Of a stretch of 64,000 bases of DNA, positions 1 to 8,342 are shown one piece after another. Origin of the DNA: a virus (taxonomy: Duplodnaviria; Caudoviricetes); IMG/VR virus record IMGVR_UViG_3300020045_001604, positions 9,788 to 73,787 of that record; one strand, written 5' to 3'. The notes under the pieces were generated by a model. That model was not told where the DNA came from. It saw only the letters and a program-made list of their open reading frames with translations, and did not search any database. Position 1 is the stretch's first letter, and each line of letters opens with the position of its first letter. Both the position numbers and the translations under genes were made by a program.

Positions 1-41
1 ACATCTGAAATGGTTATAAATGAAATTAAAAAACTATTATA

Positions 42-674
42 ATGGCTTTTGTGTATAGACATATTAGATTAGATAATGGAAATCCATTCTATATAGGAAT
101 AGGAAAAAGTGAAGCAAGAGCATATTCAACAAAAGGTAGAAGTAAGTTCTGGCAAAGAATAGTAGACAAATGTGGATATGAAGTTGAGATATTATTTGAT
201 AATTTAGATTATGAACAAGCTAAATTAAAAGAACAAGAGTTTATATCTCTTTACGGTAGAGCAAATACTTGCAATGGACTCTTATGTAACCTAACTGATG
301 GAGGAGATGGTAGTTTAGGCTATAAACCTACAGAAGAAGCATTATTAAAAATAAGTAATACTAGTAAAGGTAGAGTAAAAAGTGTAGAGCAAATAGAAAA
401 ATGGAAAAGTAAAATGAATTTTACTAAATCTGATGAGACTAAGGAAAAAATAAGACAGAGTTTATTAAATAAACCTCACACAGAAGAAAGAAAAACAAAT
501 CAAAGTAAAGCTCATATAGGTAAAAAGTTATCAGATGCTGCAAAATTAAAATTAAGTATCTATTGGAAAGGTAAAAAGAAAAAACCTATATCAGAAGAAA
601 CTAGAAAAAAGATGTCAGAGTCTAGGAATAAATACGTATTAAAACAACAAGAAATAATAAAGCTCCTTAATTAG
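42..674 (+). CDS. Free-standing GIY-YIG-family homing endonuclease with NUMOD3 repeats
   Basis: N-terminal VYRHIR..FYIGIG..R motif and NLTDGGDG; C-terminal HTEERK../SEETRKKMS NUMOD3-like repeats. Confidence 0.8.
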   Translation: MAFVYRHIRLDNGNPFYIGIGKSEARAYSTKGRSKFWQRIVDKCGYEVEILFDNLDYEQAKLKEQEFISLYGRANTCNGLLCNLTDGGDGSLGYKPTEEALLKISNTSKGRVKSVEQIEKWKSKMNFTKSDETKEKIRQSLLNKPHTEERKTNQSKAHIGKKLSDAAKLKLSIYWKGKKKKPISEETRKKMSESRNKYVLKQQEIIKLLN

Positions 675-680
675 GAGCTT
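660..680. terminator. Intrinsic terminator hairpin between convergent genes
   Basis: aagctcct-taatt-aggagctt, followed by a T-rich tract on + and an A-rich tract upstream. Confidence 0.7.
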
Positions 681-685
681 TATTT

Positions 686-868
686 TTATGGTTTCACAAC
701 ATTCTTTTTCATAGGACCTTCTGGTCTTTGATCTGGTGGTGTTGAGATTACCTCGATAGCCTTAGCGATTGCAACAGCCTGTTGTAGCGTGAATGCTCCT
801 TTTAGTTGAGCGTCGTTAGCAGCTTGGACAAGTATTCCTAATGCTTGATTTACATCCATGTTCTCCAT
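686..868 (-). CDS. Small hypothetical protein, last gene of the tail-fibre module
   Basis: ORF with its own TAnnTTTG box upstream. Confidence 0.65.
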   Translation of the reverse strand: MENMDVNQALGILVQAANDAQLKGAFTLQQAVAIAKAIEVISTPPDQRPEGPMKKNVVKP

Positions 869-888
869 AATATATTTGATTTTATTTG

Positions 889-896
889 CAAATATA
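889..896 (-). promoter_or_regulatory. Bacteroidota -7 promoter box TATATTTG
   Basis: Matches TAnnTTTG about 20 nt upstream of the ATG at 868. Confidence 0.6.
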
Positions 897-907
897 GTGA
901 AATTATT

Positions 908-1366
908 TTATTGTGTAAATATTATTTGACCTATCCCTGTAGCGGTACCTGCTGGAGAAACATTACAGCTAAAAGTATAACTATAAGTTCCAGCAGATAA
1001 AGTAAATGTTGTTGAGTTTAAAGTTCCAGGACCTAACTGCCTAGCTCTTCTAGCGTTTCCATTTATATTGATATTGGTATCTGTAGTAACAAATCCTGTT
1101 GAAGTTGATCTAGCATTAAAAGTAGCAGCTGAACCTACTATAGTAACTGTTCCACTATAACTACCAAAACCCGTACCTGTGTAAGAATACGAACTGCTAA
1201 ACGTAACTGAATTAACTGGAGCAGGACTGTATCCGTAAAAATCAGATATTCTGTCGGGCGTATTAAAATCAGCTATGTCGCTTAATACTCTAAGAGAACC
1301 ACTAGAAGTTCCTAATTCGTTTCGAATCATATTTATAGATAAGGTCCCTGAAGGTGGTAATGCCAT
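908..1366 (-). CDS. Putative tail-tip adhesin with T-even gp38-like N-terminus
   Basis: MALPPSGTLSINMIRNELG...ISDFYGYS N-terminal motif; G/S/T-rich beta C-terminus; downstream of the fibre gene. Confidence 0.55.
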   Translation of the reverse strand: MALPPSGTLSINMIRNELGTSSGSLRVLSDIADFNTPDRISDFYGYSPAPVNSVTFSSSYSYTGTGFGSYSGTVTIVGSAATFNARSTSTGFVTTDTNININGNARRARQLGPGTLNSTTFTLSAGTYSYTFSCNVSPAGTATGIGQIIFTQ

Positions 1367-1373
1367 AACTTAT

Positions 1374-1733
1374 TTATATTGTCGGTACTTCTGGAGTTGG
1401 TTGTGCCCAAGGAGAAGGTACAGGTTCGTATTTAGGATTTATCTTAGCTTCAATTTGTTTTACAATACGCTCCTGCATATGCGCAACATCAGCGGTAGCT
1501 TCCAACCAAGCTACAATATTATCTGGTTGTAATTGTGAAAAAGGAATATAGTTTTGCGTATCTTCTGGTAAAGGCATAGGAGTTGCTCCTGCAAATATTC
1601 CTTCTACACCATTTTCGTCTACACCAACATAGTTGTATCTAACTCTTGTTACTACGTCTGTTAAATCCCCTAACACTGGAGCTATCTCCAGTTTCATTGT
1701 GTCATCTGTTAAGAATGTGAATGTGATTGCCAT
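1374..1733 (-). CDS. Tail-fibre-associated (assembly-like) protein
   Basis: DVVTRVRYNYVG...YIPFSQL...IVAWL pattern typical of small genes following fibres. Confidence 0.5.
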   Translation of the reverse strand: MAITFTFLTDDTMKLEIAPVLGDLTDVVTRVRYNYVGVDENGVEGIFAGATPMPLPEDTQNYIPFSQLQPDNIVAWLEATADVAHMQERIVKQIEAKINPKYEPVPSPWAQPTPEVPTI

Positions 1734-4700
1734 TATTTTTTTATTAATTGATTAACCAATTGTTTTAATTCTTCTATTTGTGTTTGTTGTTCTTTTATTG
1801 CTTCAATAAGTAAAGGTGTTAATTTACCATAATCAAGAGTCTTATATCCGTGCCCAATAGGAGCATCTTTAATTATTTCTGGAAGTATAGCTTCAACTTC
1901 TTGAGCAGAGACACCAACTTCCTCCTTGTATTTATATCCTAATTTTTGAGCTTTAGCATTAGGTGTATAGTAAAATCCATTCAAAGATAAAACTTTTTCT
2001 AATGCGTTTTGAATGTTTCCTTTTTTATCTTTAAGTCTTTCATCTGAATAGTATGCAACAACATCCCCCGCAACTCTAATTGAGTCCCCTGTTGAAGAAC
2101 CATCAAAATAGTAAGATGTATTATTATAATCATAAAAAACAGTTCCGTAAACAGCTCCGCTAAAATTAGAATATGAAGAATAATTTCCAGTATGTAATAA
2201 TGTTTGCCAAGCATACCAACTTCCTGATTGTTGTCTTCTAATACGAACATCATCACCCCAAAACGAGTATGCCATTTGCCATCTATATCCATCAGATCCA
2301 CTCCAGCTATTACCAGCTACAGTAAGCCAGTTCCACCAATCTGTACTAGGCATTCCTGTTACACCGCTTCCGAAATAGAACCCTGATGAGTTAGAAGAAT
2401 CCGAAGTGTTGGCATTTGTATTATTTTTTGACCTACCGTTTGCTCCATCACCATACACAACATTGTTTGCTCCTGAAAATGTACCTGCTACTGCAAGGTT
2501 ATTTATGTTAGACGTAGATGTAGGATCTACATAATATCCTGTATTATCACTATCGTAGAAGATAGGTGCTCTAAAATCCCCAGTTGCAGATATTGTACTA
2601 TCTCCATCAGTCCAAAGCCTTTTCCAGGAGTTATATACACCAGCGTCACCATTTCTCGTTCTTATAAAAAAAGCATTTCCTCCACCTCCATATCCACCTC
2701 CTAACCATAAATCATATCCACCACCAGTGCTAAACCTAGCAATTGGACCATAAAAGGGGGCATTATTAGCATAAGTAAATCCAGATGCATTAGAGTCCAT
2801 TGTATTAGCATCAAGAGTAAATCCTTGATAATAAAATATATTACTAGGTTTACTAGTTACATTACTCCAAGGAACACTTGTTGGTGTTACACCACTAGTA
2901 CCACTAGTACCACTAGCTCCTGATCCAGAAGTTCCACTTGTACCATTAACACCAGAGGTGCCGTTAACACCTGATGTCCCGCTAACTCCGGATGTACCTG
3001 ATGTTCCATTAACACCACTTGTACCATTAACACCAGACGTACCTGAGGTTCCATCTACTCCGCTAGATCCTGAACTTCCTGACGTTCCTGTAGTACCTGA
3101 CGTACCGTCAATTGCACTAGTTCCACTAGAGCCGGACGTTCCTGTAGTTCCAGAACTACCCGAAGTTCCAGTTGTTCCAGAAGATCCGCTAGTACCAGTT
3201 GACCCAGAAGTACCTGATGTACCTGATTCAGCTGCAATAGATGTTGTTACATAAGAATACTCTCCATCCTCCGTATACCAAGATACTATTTTTGATGTGC
3301 TTTGATTATTACTAACGTATATCTTAACAATCATTCTGTCTGTTGCAGATATAGCTGTATGTGGGAACACGAAGTCTACATTAGCCTCGGCAGGAATTCC
3401 AGTTCCGTTCCAAGGTATATTTATAGCTGCTGAAGTTGCTGGAGATCCATAAGGCACTCCTGATGAATTAGCAAGCTGTAATGTTACATAAAGTAATATT
3501 ATATCGTTTGACTGCTCCTTAAGAGCATGAAAATGAAATCTCTGAACTCCAGAAGGTATAATTGTAAATCCTAGTTGATTAGTCATGAACTCTTGAACAA
3601 GAGCGTCCTGTTGATTACCGGCTAGATTTAGTGTTATTGTTTGTAGTGCTGCTAATGTAGGAGTTGTACTTAGTAATTTATATGGAGATACAGAAGAATT
3701 TTCGCTATTATTAAAATAATATACTCTACCTCCACTAACTCCATCTATACCGGATGTTCCTCCAGTTCCTGAAGTCCCAGTTGTACCGCTTGTACCACTT
3801 GATCCAGAGCTTCCAGAAGTACCCGTTGTACCAGAAGTACCGTTACTACCATCTGTACCAGAAGTACCTGTAGTTCCCGATGTTCCCGATGTTCCCCCCG
3901 TACCATCAGTTCCACTAGATCCGGATGTTCCGCTACTACCTCCTGTACCATCAGTACCTGATGTTCCTGAACTACCAGATGTTCCATTACTTCCGTCTGT
4001 TCCTGAGCTTCCGCTTGATCCGCTAGTTCCGTCTATACCTGATGTTCCGTCTATACCAGACGTTCCGTTTGTTCCGTTTGTTCCGCTACTTCCTGAGCTA
4101 CCTGACGTACCAGAAGATCCTCCTGTACCGTCTGTTGCAGATGTACCGCTACTACCACTGGTTGCTGATGTACCGCTCGTTCCGTTACTTCCGTCAGTGC
4201 CTGAAGTGCCACTGCTACCGCTTGAGCCTGATGTACCTCCTGTTCCGTCTGTACCGCTTGATCCACTAGTCCCAGAACTTCCTGATGACCCGCTAGAGCC
4301 TGAAGTTCCACTAGTACCATCGACCGGTGAATAAGCACTAAGAAGAGATACCATGTAGTCCTCATCCTCCTCCATGTATCCGTTTCCTTCTCTATACTCT
4401 ACGGTTACTAAGAAAAAATTAGGCTCTTCATCGTATATTACAACATCCGTTACCTTATAGTAACCAAATGAATTTATGTCTTTTGATTTAAATAATAGTA
4501 TCTCAGTTCCATTTAAAAAATTTAAATACTCAGATACATCATTTTGTTTTGTTGTGTACTTACTAAGTAAAAATGTGGTTATAGCAGAAAAATTAACCGT
4601 CGGTCCAATCTCTGGATTAAAGGTTAATGTTCCATTTGGTCTTTGCTCTAACGGATCTAAAGTATAGTACTTATACTGTATTGGAACCCCTATATTTATT

Positions 4701-4840
4701 ACCTGATTATCATTAAAGTACTCAGCTAATTTTTTAGGTGTAAAGTTCTTAGTTCTATTCTGATTATTAACATCAGATCCAATCCACTTATCAAGTGCGG
4801 TTATCTTTTCGTCTAATGTATATGTACTTATTTTTGTCAT
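1733..4840 (-). CDS. Tail fibre with collagen-like G-S/T-S/T repeats and C-terminal peptidase S74 intramolecular chaperone
   Basis: YSDERLK...GVSAQEVEAILPE...LDYGKLTPLLIEAIKEQQ S74 signature; two Gly-X-Y blocks. Confidence 0.9.
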   Translation of the reverse strand: MTKISTYTLDEKITALDKWIGSDVNNQNRTKNFTPKKLAEYFNDNQVINIGVPIQYKYYTLDPLEQRPNGTLTFNPEIGPTVNFSAITTFLLSKYTTKQNDVSEYLNFLNGTEILLFKSKDINSFGYYKVTDVVIYDEEPNFFLVTVEYREGNGYMEEDEDYMVSLLSAYSPVDGTSGTSGSSGSSGSSGTSGSSGTDGTGGTSGSSGSSGTSGTDGSNGTSGTSATSGSSGTSATDGTGGSSGTSGSSGSSGTNGTNGTSGIDGTSGIDGTSGSSGSSGTDGSNGTSGSSGTSGTDGTGGSSGTSGSSGTDGTGGTSGTSGTTGTSGTDGSNGTSGTTGTSGSSGSSGTSGTTGTSGTGGTSGIDGVSGGRVYYFNNSENSSVSPYKLLSTTPTLAALQTITLNLAGNQQDALVQEFMTNQLGFTIIPSGVQRFHFHALKEQSNDIILLYVTLQLANSSGVPYGSPATSAAINIPWNGTGIPAEANVDFVFPHTAISATDRMIVKIYVSNNQSTSKIVSWYTEDGEYSYVTTSIAAESGTSGTSGSTGTSGSSGTTGTSGSSGTTGTSGSSGTSAIDGTSGTTGTSGSSGSSGVDGTSGTSGVNGTSGVNGTSGTSGVSGTSGVNGTSGVNGTSGTSGSGASGTSGTSGVTPTSVPWSNVTSKPSNIFYYQGFTLDANTMDSNASGFTYANNAPFYGPIARFSTGGGYDLWLGGGYGGGGNAFFIRTRNGDAGVYNSWKRLWTDGDSTISATGDFRAPIFYDSDNTGYYVDPTSTSNINNLAVAGTFSGANNVVYGDGANGRSKNNTNANTSDSSNSSGFYFGSGVTGMPSTDWWNWLTVAGNSWSGSDGYRWQMAYSFWGDDVRIRRQQSGSWYAWQTLLHTGNYSSYSNFSGAVYGTVFYDYNNTSYYFDGSSTGDSIRVAGDVVAYYSDERLKDKKGNIQNALEKVLSLNGFYYTPNAKAQKLGYKYKEEVGVSAQEVEAILPEIIKDAPIGHGYKTLDYGKLTPLLIEAIKEQQTQIEELKQLVNQLIKK
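2890..3228 (-). repeat. Second Gly-X-Y (GTS/GSS/GVN) repeat block in the fibre; limits approximate
   Basis: Gly at every third residue; degenerate 9-nt periodicity. Confidence 0.85.
3733..4322 (-). repeat. First Gly-X-Y (GTS/GSS/GTD) repeat block in the fibre; limits approximate
   Basis: About 190 residues with Gly at every third position. Confidence 0.85.
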
Positions 4841-4841
4841 A

Positions 4842-4976
4842 TTACTTTCCTTGACCGCGATTTTTCTTCACGTAATTTTTACTTGACTTTAGTTTTGAAG
4901 TTTTTGACTTGGCATGAACTCCAGGCCTGTTAATCTTCTTAGACTCCTTCTTGTTTGATTCTGTCTGCTTAGCCAT
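4842..4976 (-). CDS. 44-aa Lys-rich protein (not in ORF track)
   Basis: MAKQTESNKKESKKINRPGVHAKSKTSKLKSSKNYVKKNRGQGK; TAATG coupling with the upstream gene. Confidence 0.7.
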   Translation of the reverse strand: MAKQTESNKKESKKINRPGVHAKSKTSKLKSSKNYVKKNRGQGK

Positions 4977-5440
4977 TATAAGAATATTTTGTTTTTGATC
5001 TGTCTATAAACATACATTCCGACAGGTATGAGTAATAACCATAAATAAACAAAATTGTTTACTTTTTTGTCTACCTTTTTTTCGAAAGTTTTTTTAATAC
5101 CTTCTCTTTTTACATTTAACTTTTTTACAGAAGATACTTTTGAAATTTCTTTTGTTTTATCTATGGTTTCTTTTTTTGATTTCTTGCTTTTTATAACTAC
5201 GTTTTTAAAAACCTTTCCGTCAATTTCCATTGGCTTTGAGGTGTCCTTTGCTGTATACTCAACCTCATCTGTAGACTCTATTACAACTACGTTATTATCT
5301 TTAACGTACGTTCCGTCTACCTTTACTTCAGACATACTATCAACCTTAGTCTCCACAGTCACCTTAGATACATCTACTTTTCTAGACGCACAAGAATGAA
5401 GTAGTAGTACACTAATAAATAGTATAAGCAGTCTTACCAT
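4976..5440 (-). CDS. Putative unimolecular spanin (lipoprotein with C-terminal TM helix)
   Basis: Signal peptide and lipobox LHS-C; C-terminal FVYLWLLLIPVGMYVY then basic tail; next to the endolysin. Confidence 0.6.
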   Translation of the reverse strand: MVRLLILFISVLLLHSCASRKVDVSKVTVETKVDSMSEVKVDGTYVKDNNVVVIESTDEVEYTAKDTSKPMEIDGKVFKNVVIKSKKSKKETIDKTKEISKVSSVKKLNVKREGIKKTFEKKVDKKVNNFVYLWLLLIPVGMYVYRQIKNKIFL

Positions 5441-5870
5441 TTTTTTTTATTGCTTTAAGTATTTGTTTTCTTTGCTTTCCTTTTGATTCGTAAGAGACGT
5501 GTACCCAGTCAGGGTTTTTATCTGTGCCGAACTCCCATATTAACTGATCAAAAACTAGGTTGTCTTTAATGTAATTGAATATTTTAGCATTTGTAATATC
5601 TGTTCCGTCCATGTCTATATCCATAGCCTCACCAGAACAGTGTTGACTTGATAATGATCCTTTTATAGCTTTATTTAAAGCTAAACTTCTATATCCGGAA
5701 CTTATATGTATCGGAGTGTTAAAGTGATCTCTAATGGGCTGAAAAACGTTTTTAGCTAGCTTTTTCATATTATCTAAGTGCTCTGCTGTAGGTTCGTTTT
5801 TTATTCCGTTCCTTTTAGCAGATTCGCTACTAATCATTTCGGCCAGTGACAGGTTCTTAGATAGATTCAT
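5412..5870 (-). CDS. Endolysin, peptidase M15 family
   Basis: ISSGYRS..LN...SQHCSGEAMDI and WVHVS zinc-peptidase motifs. Confidence 0.9.
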   Translation of the reverse strand: MNLSKNLSLAEMISSESAKRNGIKNEPTAEHLDNMKKLAKNVFQPIRDHFNTPIHISSGYRSLALNKAIKGSLSSQHCSGEAMDIDMDGTDITNAKIFNYIKDNLVFDQLIWEFGTDKNPDWVHVSYESKGKQRKQILKAIKKNGKTAYTIY

Positions 5871-6163
5871 GATTTTGAAAATATTTTAACCAATATTGTA
5901 GCTAGAGATCCTAGTATAATAACTATTACAACTTTGAACTGGTTTACGTATACTGACACTTCATTCTTAAATGTCTCAAGATCCTCAACGCGGTCCTCTA
6001 TTTCGTTTATCTTGAATAGCATCCCGTGGTTGTTGTTTAGTTCGTTTCCAACAATAGCGTTCTTAATGTCTCTAATGTTTTCACCAACTATAGCTAGATC
6101 TTCAACAAGTTCTTGCTGTTTTTTTTCAAGTCTGTCCAATCTCTCTATCTCTAAATTACTCAT
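5867..6163 (-). CDS. Holin-like protein, coiled coil plus C-terminal TM
   Basis: Single C-terminal hydrophobic segment; immediately upstream of the endolysin. Confidence 0.5.
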   Translation of the reverse strand: MSNLEIERLDRLEKKQQELVEDLAIVGENIRDIKNAIVGNELNNNHGMLFKINEIEDRVEDLETFKNEVSVYVNQFKVVIVIILGSLATILVKIFSKS

Positions 6164-6347
6164 TTTTCTTTATGGATAATTTTTCGACAATATCTGTAAC
6201 TCCTTGAATACTAATATATGCAGTAGCTATAATTACCCAATCAGAGGAGGTTAGTGTTCCTGAAAATAATCCAGCACAACCTATAAGAAAAACAAAAAGC
6301 TTTCTACTTATCCATCTGTTTATTATTGTATCAAGGTTCTTACGCAT
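6156..6347 (-). CDS. Holin-like two-TM protein
   Basis: SRKLFVFLIG...DWVIIATAYISIQG; lysis cassette context. Confidence 0.55.
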   Translation of the reverse strand: MRKNLDTIINRWISRKLFVFLIGCAGLFSGTLTSSDWVIIATAYISIQGVTDIVEKLSIKKNE

Positions 6348-6348
6348 A

Positions 6349-6609
6349 CTACCAAAGAGCTACTATTCCTGTAGCTGTTGTTGTTGTTGAGAATACGCGA
6401 ACTACTTGGATTGGTAATACTACTCCTGCTGGAACAGCATTTAATGTAATGTCATCACCTCCTGCGGTAAGAACTCTAATAATTCCTCCTGATCCTGTAT
6501 ACAATACGCAAGGATCTGCTTGAGCAGCTCCATTAACTGAAGGAATATTTTCTGTATCTGATTTAACTACTGCTAAACCTCTACTCTGTTGTAATTTTTG
6601 ATAAGCCAT
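6349..6609 (-). CDS. Head spike base protein-like (RcGTA Rcc01079 family)
   Basis: LYTGSGG.IRV..AGGD.ITL.AVPAG.VLPIQVVRV..T.TTATGIVALW. Confidence 0.6.
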   Translation of the reverse strand: MAYQKLQQSRGLAVVKSDTENIPSVNGAAQADPCVLYTGSGGIIRVLTAGGDDITLNAVPAGVVLPIQVVRVFSTTTTATGIVALW

Positions 6610-6768
6610 TTATTTTAATACTTTGTTTATTAGTAAATTAGGATTGTTTAGTTTTGCCTTTCTAGCAGCACATCCACAGTCCTTTCCTGTTTTTTCTGAT
6701 ATGGTATCTACTACTTTTTTTATTCCTGTCTTAGTAGTAACTAACTCAATTGCGTTTCCTAGTAACAT
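6610..6768 (-). CDS. Small protein with CGC motif (start likely 6768)
   Basis: TGIKKVV...KDCGC..RK.KLN; ATG follows the upstream stop at 6770. Confidence 0.6.
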   Translation of the reverse strand: MLLGNAIELVTTKTGIKKVVDTISEKTGKDCGCAARKAKLNNPNLLINKVLK

Positions 6769-6769
6769 A

Positions 6770-7045
6770 TTATTTATTTTTTTTACCTCTTGCTCTTTTG
6801 TCTCCAGGCATGTCATTAGTATCACCTCTGTTAACTGATGCCTTCTTCATTACGTACCCCTTCTTCGTGTGTGCTAGGTCCATACCGTTCTTATCTCCGT
6901 ATGTTCCTCTTTTACGATTCTCTCGGTTAAGCTCTACTCGTTTAGCTACTTGTTTATCAGATTTATTATATTCCTTCTGATACTCGTTACGCTTTTTTCT
7001 AGCTTCTGGATTCTCTTTGTAATATGTAGCAGTTTTACCTGGCAT
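6770..7045 (-). CDS. Basic hypothetical protein
   Basis: ORF track; translationally coupled within the cluster. Confidence 0.65.
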   Translation of the reverse strand: MPGKTATYYKENPEARKKRNEYQKEYNKSDKQVAKRVELNRENRKRGTYGDKNGMDLAHTKKGYVMKKASVNRGDTNDMPGDKRARGKKNK

Positions 7046-7182
7046 TATTTCTTCTTTTTTATCTTTTTTTCTTGTTTAAGCATCTCCTTAGTTGGAGCCT
7101 TTCCACTTCCAGCATTAGCTCTAATGTTATCCCAAAGTCCTCTTTTAGATACTGATCCGTCTTTTCTTTTTATCATCTTCAT
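7045..7182 (-). CDS. 45-aa Lys-rich protein (not in ORF track)
   Basis: MKMIKRKDGSVSKRGLWDNIRANAGSGKAPTKEMLKQEKKIKKKK. Confidence 0.65.
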   Translation of the reverse strand: MKMIKRKDGSVSKRGLWDNIRANAGSGKAPTKEMLKQEKKIKKKK

Positions 7183-7183
7183 A

Positions 7184-7450
7184 CTACCATTTTACTTTAT
7201 CAGCCCAGTACGCTGCACTTGACTTACCCTTAGATATATTCTTGCCGTGTCTTGCTTTAAATGAAGCTCTCTTTGCTTTCATTGCATCGCTTTCTCCTGC
7301 CTTTGGTTTTCCTGCTGTCTTAGCTCCCTGCTCTCCGAATCGGATTATCTTTTCCTTTCCATTAGTGCATGCCTTTACAACATGAGATTTTGTTGGATGG
7401 CTAGGCGTTCTCTTAGGAGCATTGCATTTCATTGACTTTTTATCAACCAT
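7184..7450 (-). CDS. Basic phage protein (start likely 7450, MVDKK)
   Basis: KSHVVKA...KIIRFGEQG...RASFKARH...SAAYWADKVKW. Confidence 0.7.
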   Translation of the reverse strand: MVDKKSMKCNAPKRTPSHPTKSHVVKACTNGKEKIIRFGEQGAKTAGKPKAGESDAMKAKRASFKARHGKNISKGKSSAAYWADKVKW

Positions 7451-7451
7451 A

Positions 7452-7583
7452 CTACTTCTTTTTAGACTTTCCCGCCTTTGACAATGCGATAGCAATAGCC
7501 TGCTTTTGAGGCTTACCGTGCTTCATCTCTGTTCTTATATTAGCGCTAATTGTTTTAGTACTCTTTCCTGACTTTAGCGGCAT
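7452..7583 (-). CDS. 43-aa Lys-rich protein (not in ORF track)
   Basis: [43 protein letters not shown]. Confidence 0.7.
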   Translation of the reverse strand: MPLKSGKSTKTISANIRTEMKHGKPQKQAIAIALSKAGKSKKK

Positions 7584-7586
7584 AAC

Positions 7587-7703
7587 TTATTTCTTTACGT
7601 TACCCTTTAAATAACTCATTTTACCATTAAGAGACTTTTTTGACTCGTACTGAGCTGCTTTTTTCTTTCCAGCAGCCATGCTAGGTGCACATTTTTTCTT
7701 CAT
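7587..7703 (-). CDS. 38-aa Lys-rich protein (not in ORF track)
   Basis: MKKKCAPSMAAGKKKAAQYESKKSLNGKMSYLKGNVKK; directly below the palindromic promoter. Confidence 0.6.
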   Translation of the reverse strand: MKKKCAPSMAAGKKKAAQYESKKSLNGKMSYLKGNVKK

Positions 7704-7717
7704 AGCTATAAATTATT

Positions 7718-7733
7718 TATCTTTGCAAAGATA
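7718..7733. promoter_or_regulatory. Palindromic back-to-back -7 boxes (divergent promoter)
   Basis: TATCTTTGCAAAGATA reads TAnnTTTG on both strands; ATGs at 7703 (-) and 7749 (+). Confidence 0.7.
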
Positions 7734-7748
7734 TTAAATTTAATTCAA

Positions 7749-8342
7749 ATGAAATTTACTAAAATAATCAAGAAAACCTACACAAGGGTCGAACCAAAGT
7801 CAGATTATCTTAAATACTGGCGCATTGTTCGTATATGGGCAAGAGAAAAACACGGCCTAAGCTACTCAGACCTAGAGATGCTACTATTTTTACACAGCGA
7901 GAGGCTTTTTAACAAGTCAAAGTTCGTAGAATTCAACAAGATGATGTCGTGGGACAATGTAAGATTCGCTAGACTGTACCGTGACGGATGGATTAGCAAG
8001 TGGAGGGACCGTATCGGGAATGAGGCAACGCTATATGAGGTGTCGTTGAAGGGTAGAAATCTTATAAAGGCTATCTACAAGAAGCTAGAAGGCGAGCAGA
8101 CTATATCAGAATCACCTAGCGCCAACCCGATGTTTCAAAAAAGAAACAGTGGGTACGCTATGGACCGTGATAAGACTATAATTCGTAAGATGAATCGTAC
8201 AAGAAAAGAAAAAAAGAGGCTGTCTGACCTTGCTGAGCAAGAGTACCAGAAGCAGCCTCATGTTATTAAGAGAAGAAAGGAGATAACTCCTTATTTAGAG
8301 TACAAAAAGAGTCTAAAGGACAACGACAACGTCACGCTCTAG
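7749..8342 (+). CDS. Winged-helix (MarR-like) DNA-binding protein
   Basis: LSYSDLEMLLFL...RLYRDGWISKW...LYEVSLKGRNLI pattern; lone + strand gene in the block. Confidence 0.55.
   Translation: MKFTKIIKKTYTRVEPKSDYLKYWRIVRIWAREKHGLSYSDLEMLLFLHSERLFNKSKFVEFNKMMSWDNVRFARLYRDGWISKWRDRIGNEATLYEVSLKGRNLIKAIYKKLEGEQTISESPSANPMFQKRNSGYAMDRDKTIIRKMNRTRKEKKRLSDLAEQEYQKQPHVIKRRKEITPYLEYKKSLKDNDNVTL

Noticed and set aside
2958-4365. Alternative-frame ORFs (2958-3254, 3055-3237, 3745-3987, 4042-4269, 4051-4365) with striking periodic sequences
   Set aside because: Shadows of the Gly-X-Y repeats of the fibre gene; no independent start context
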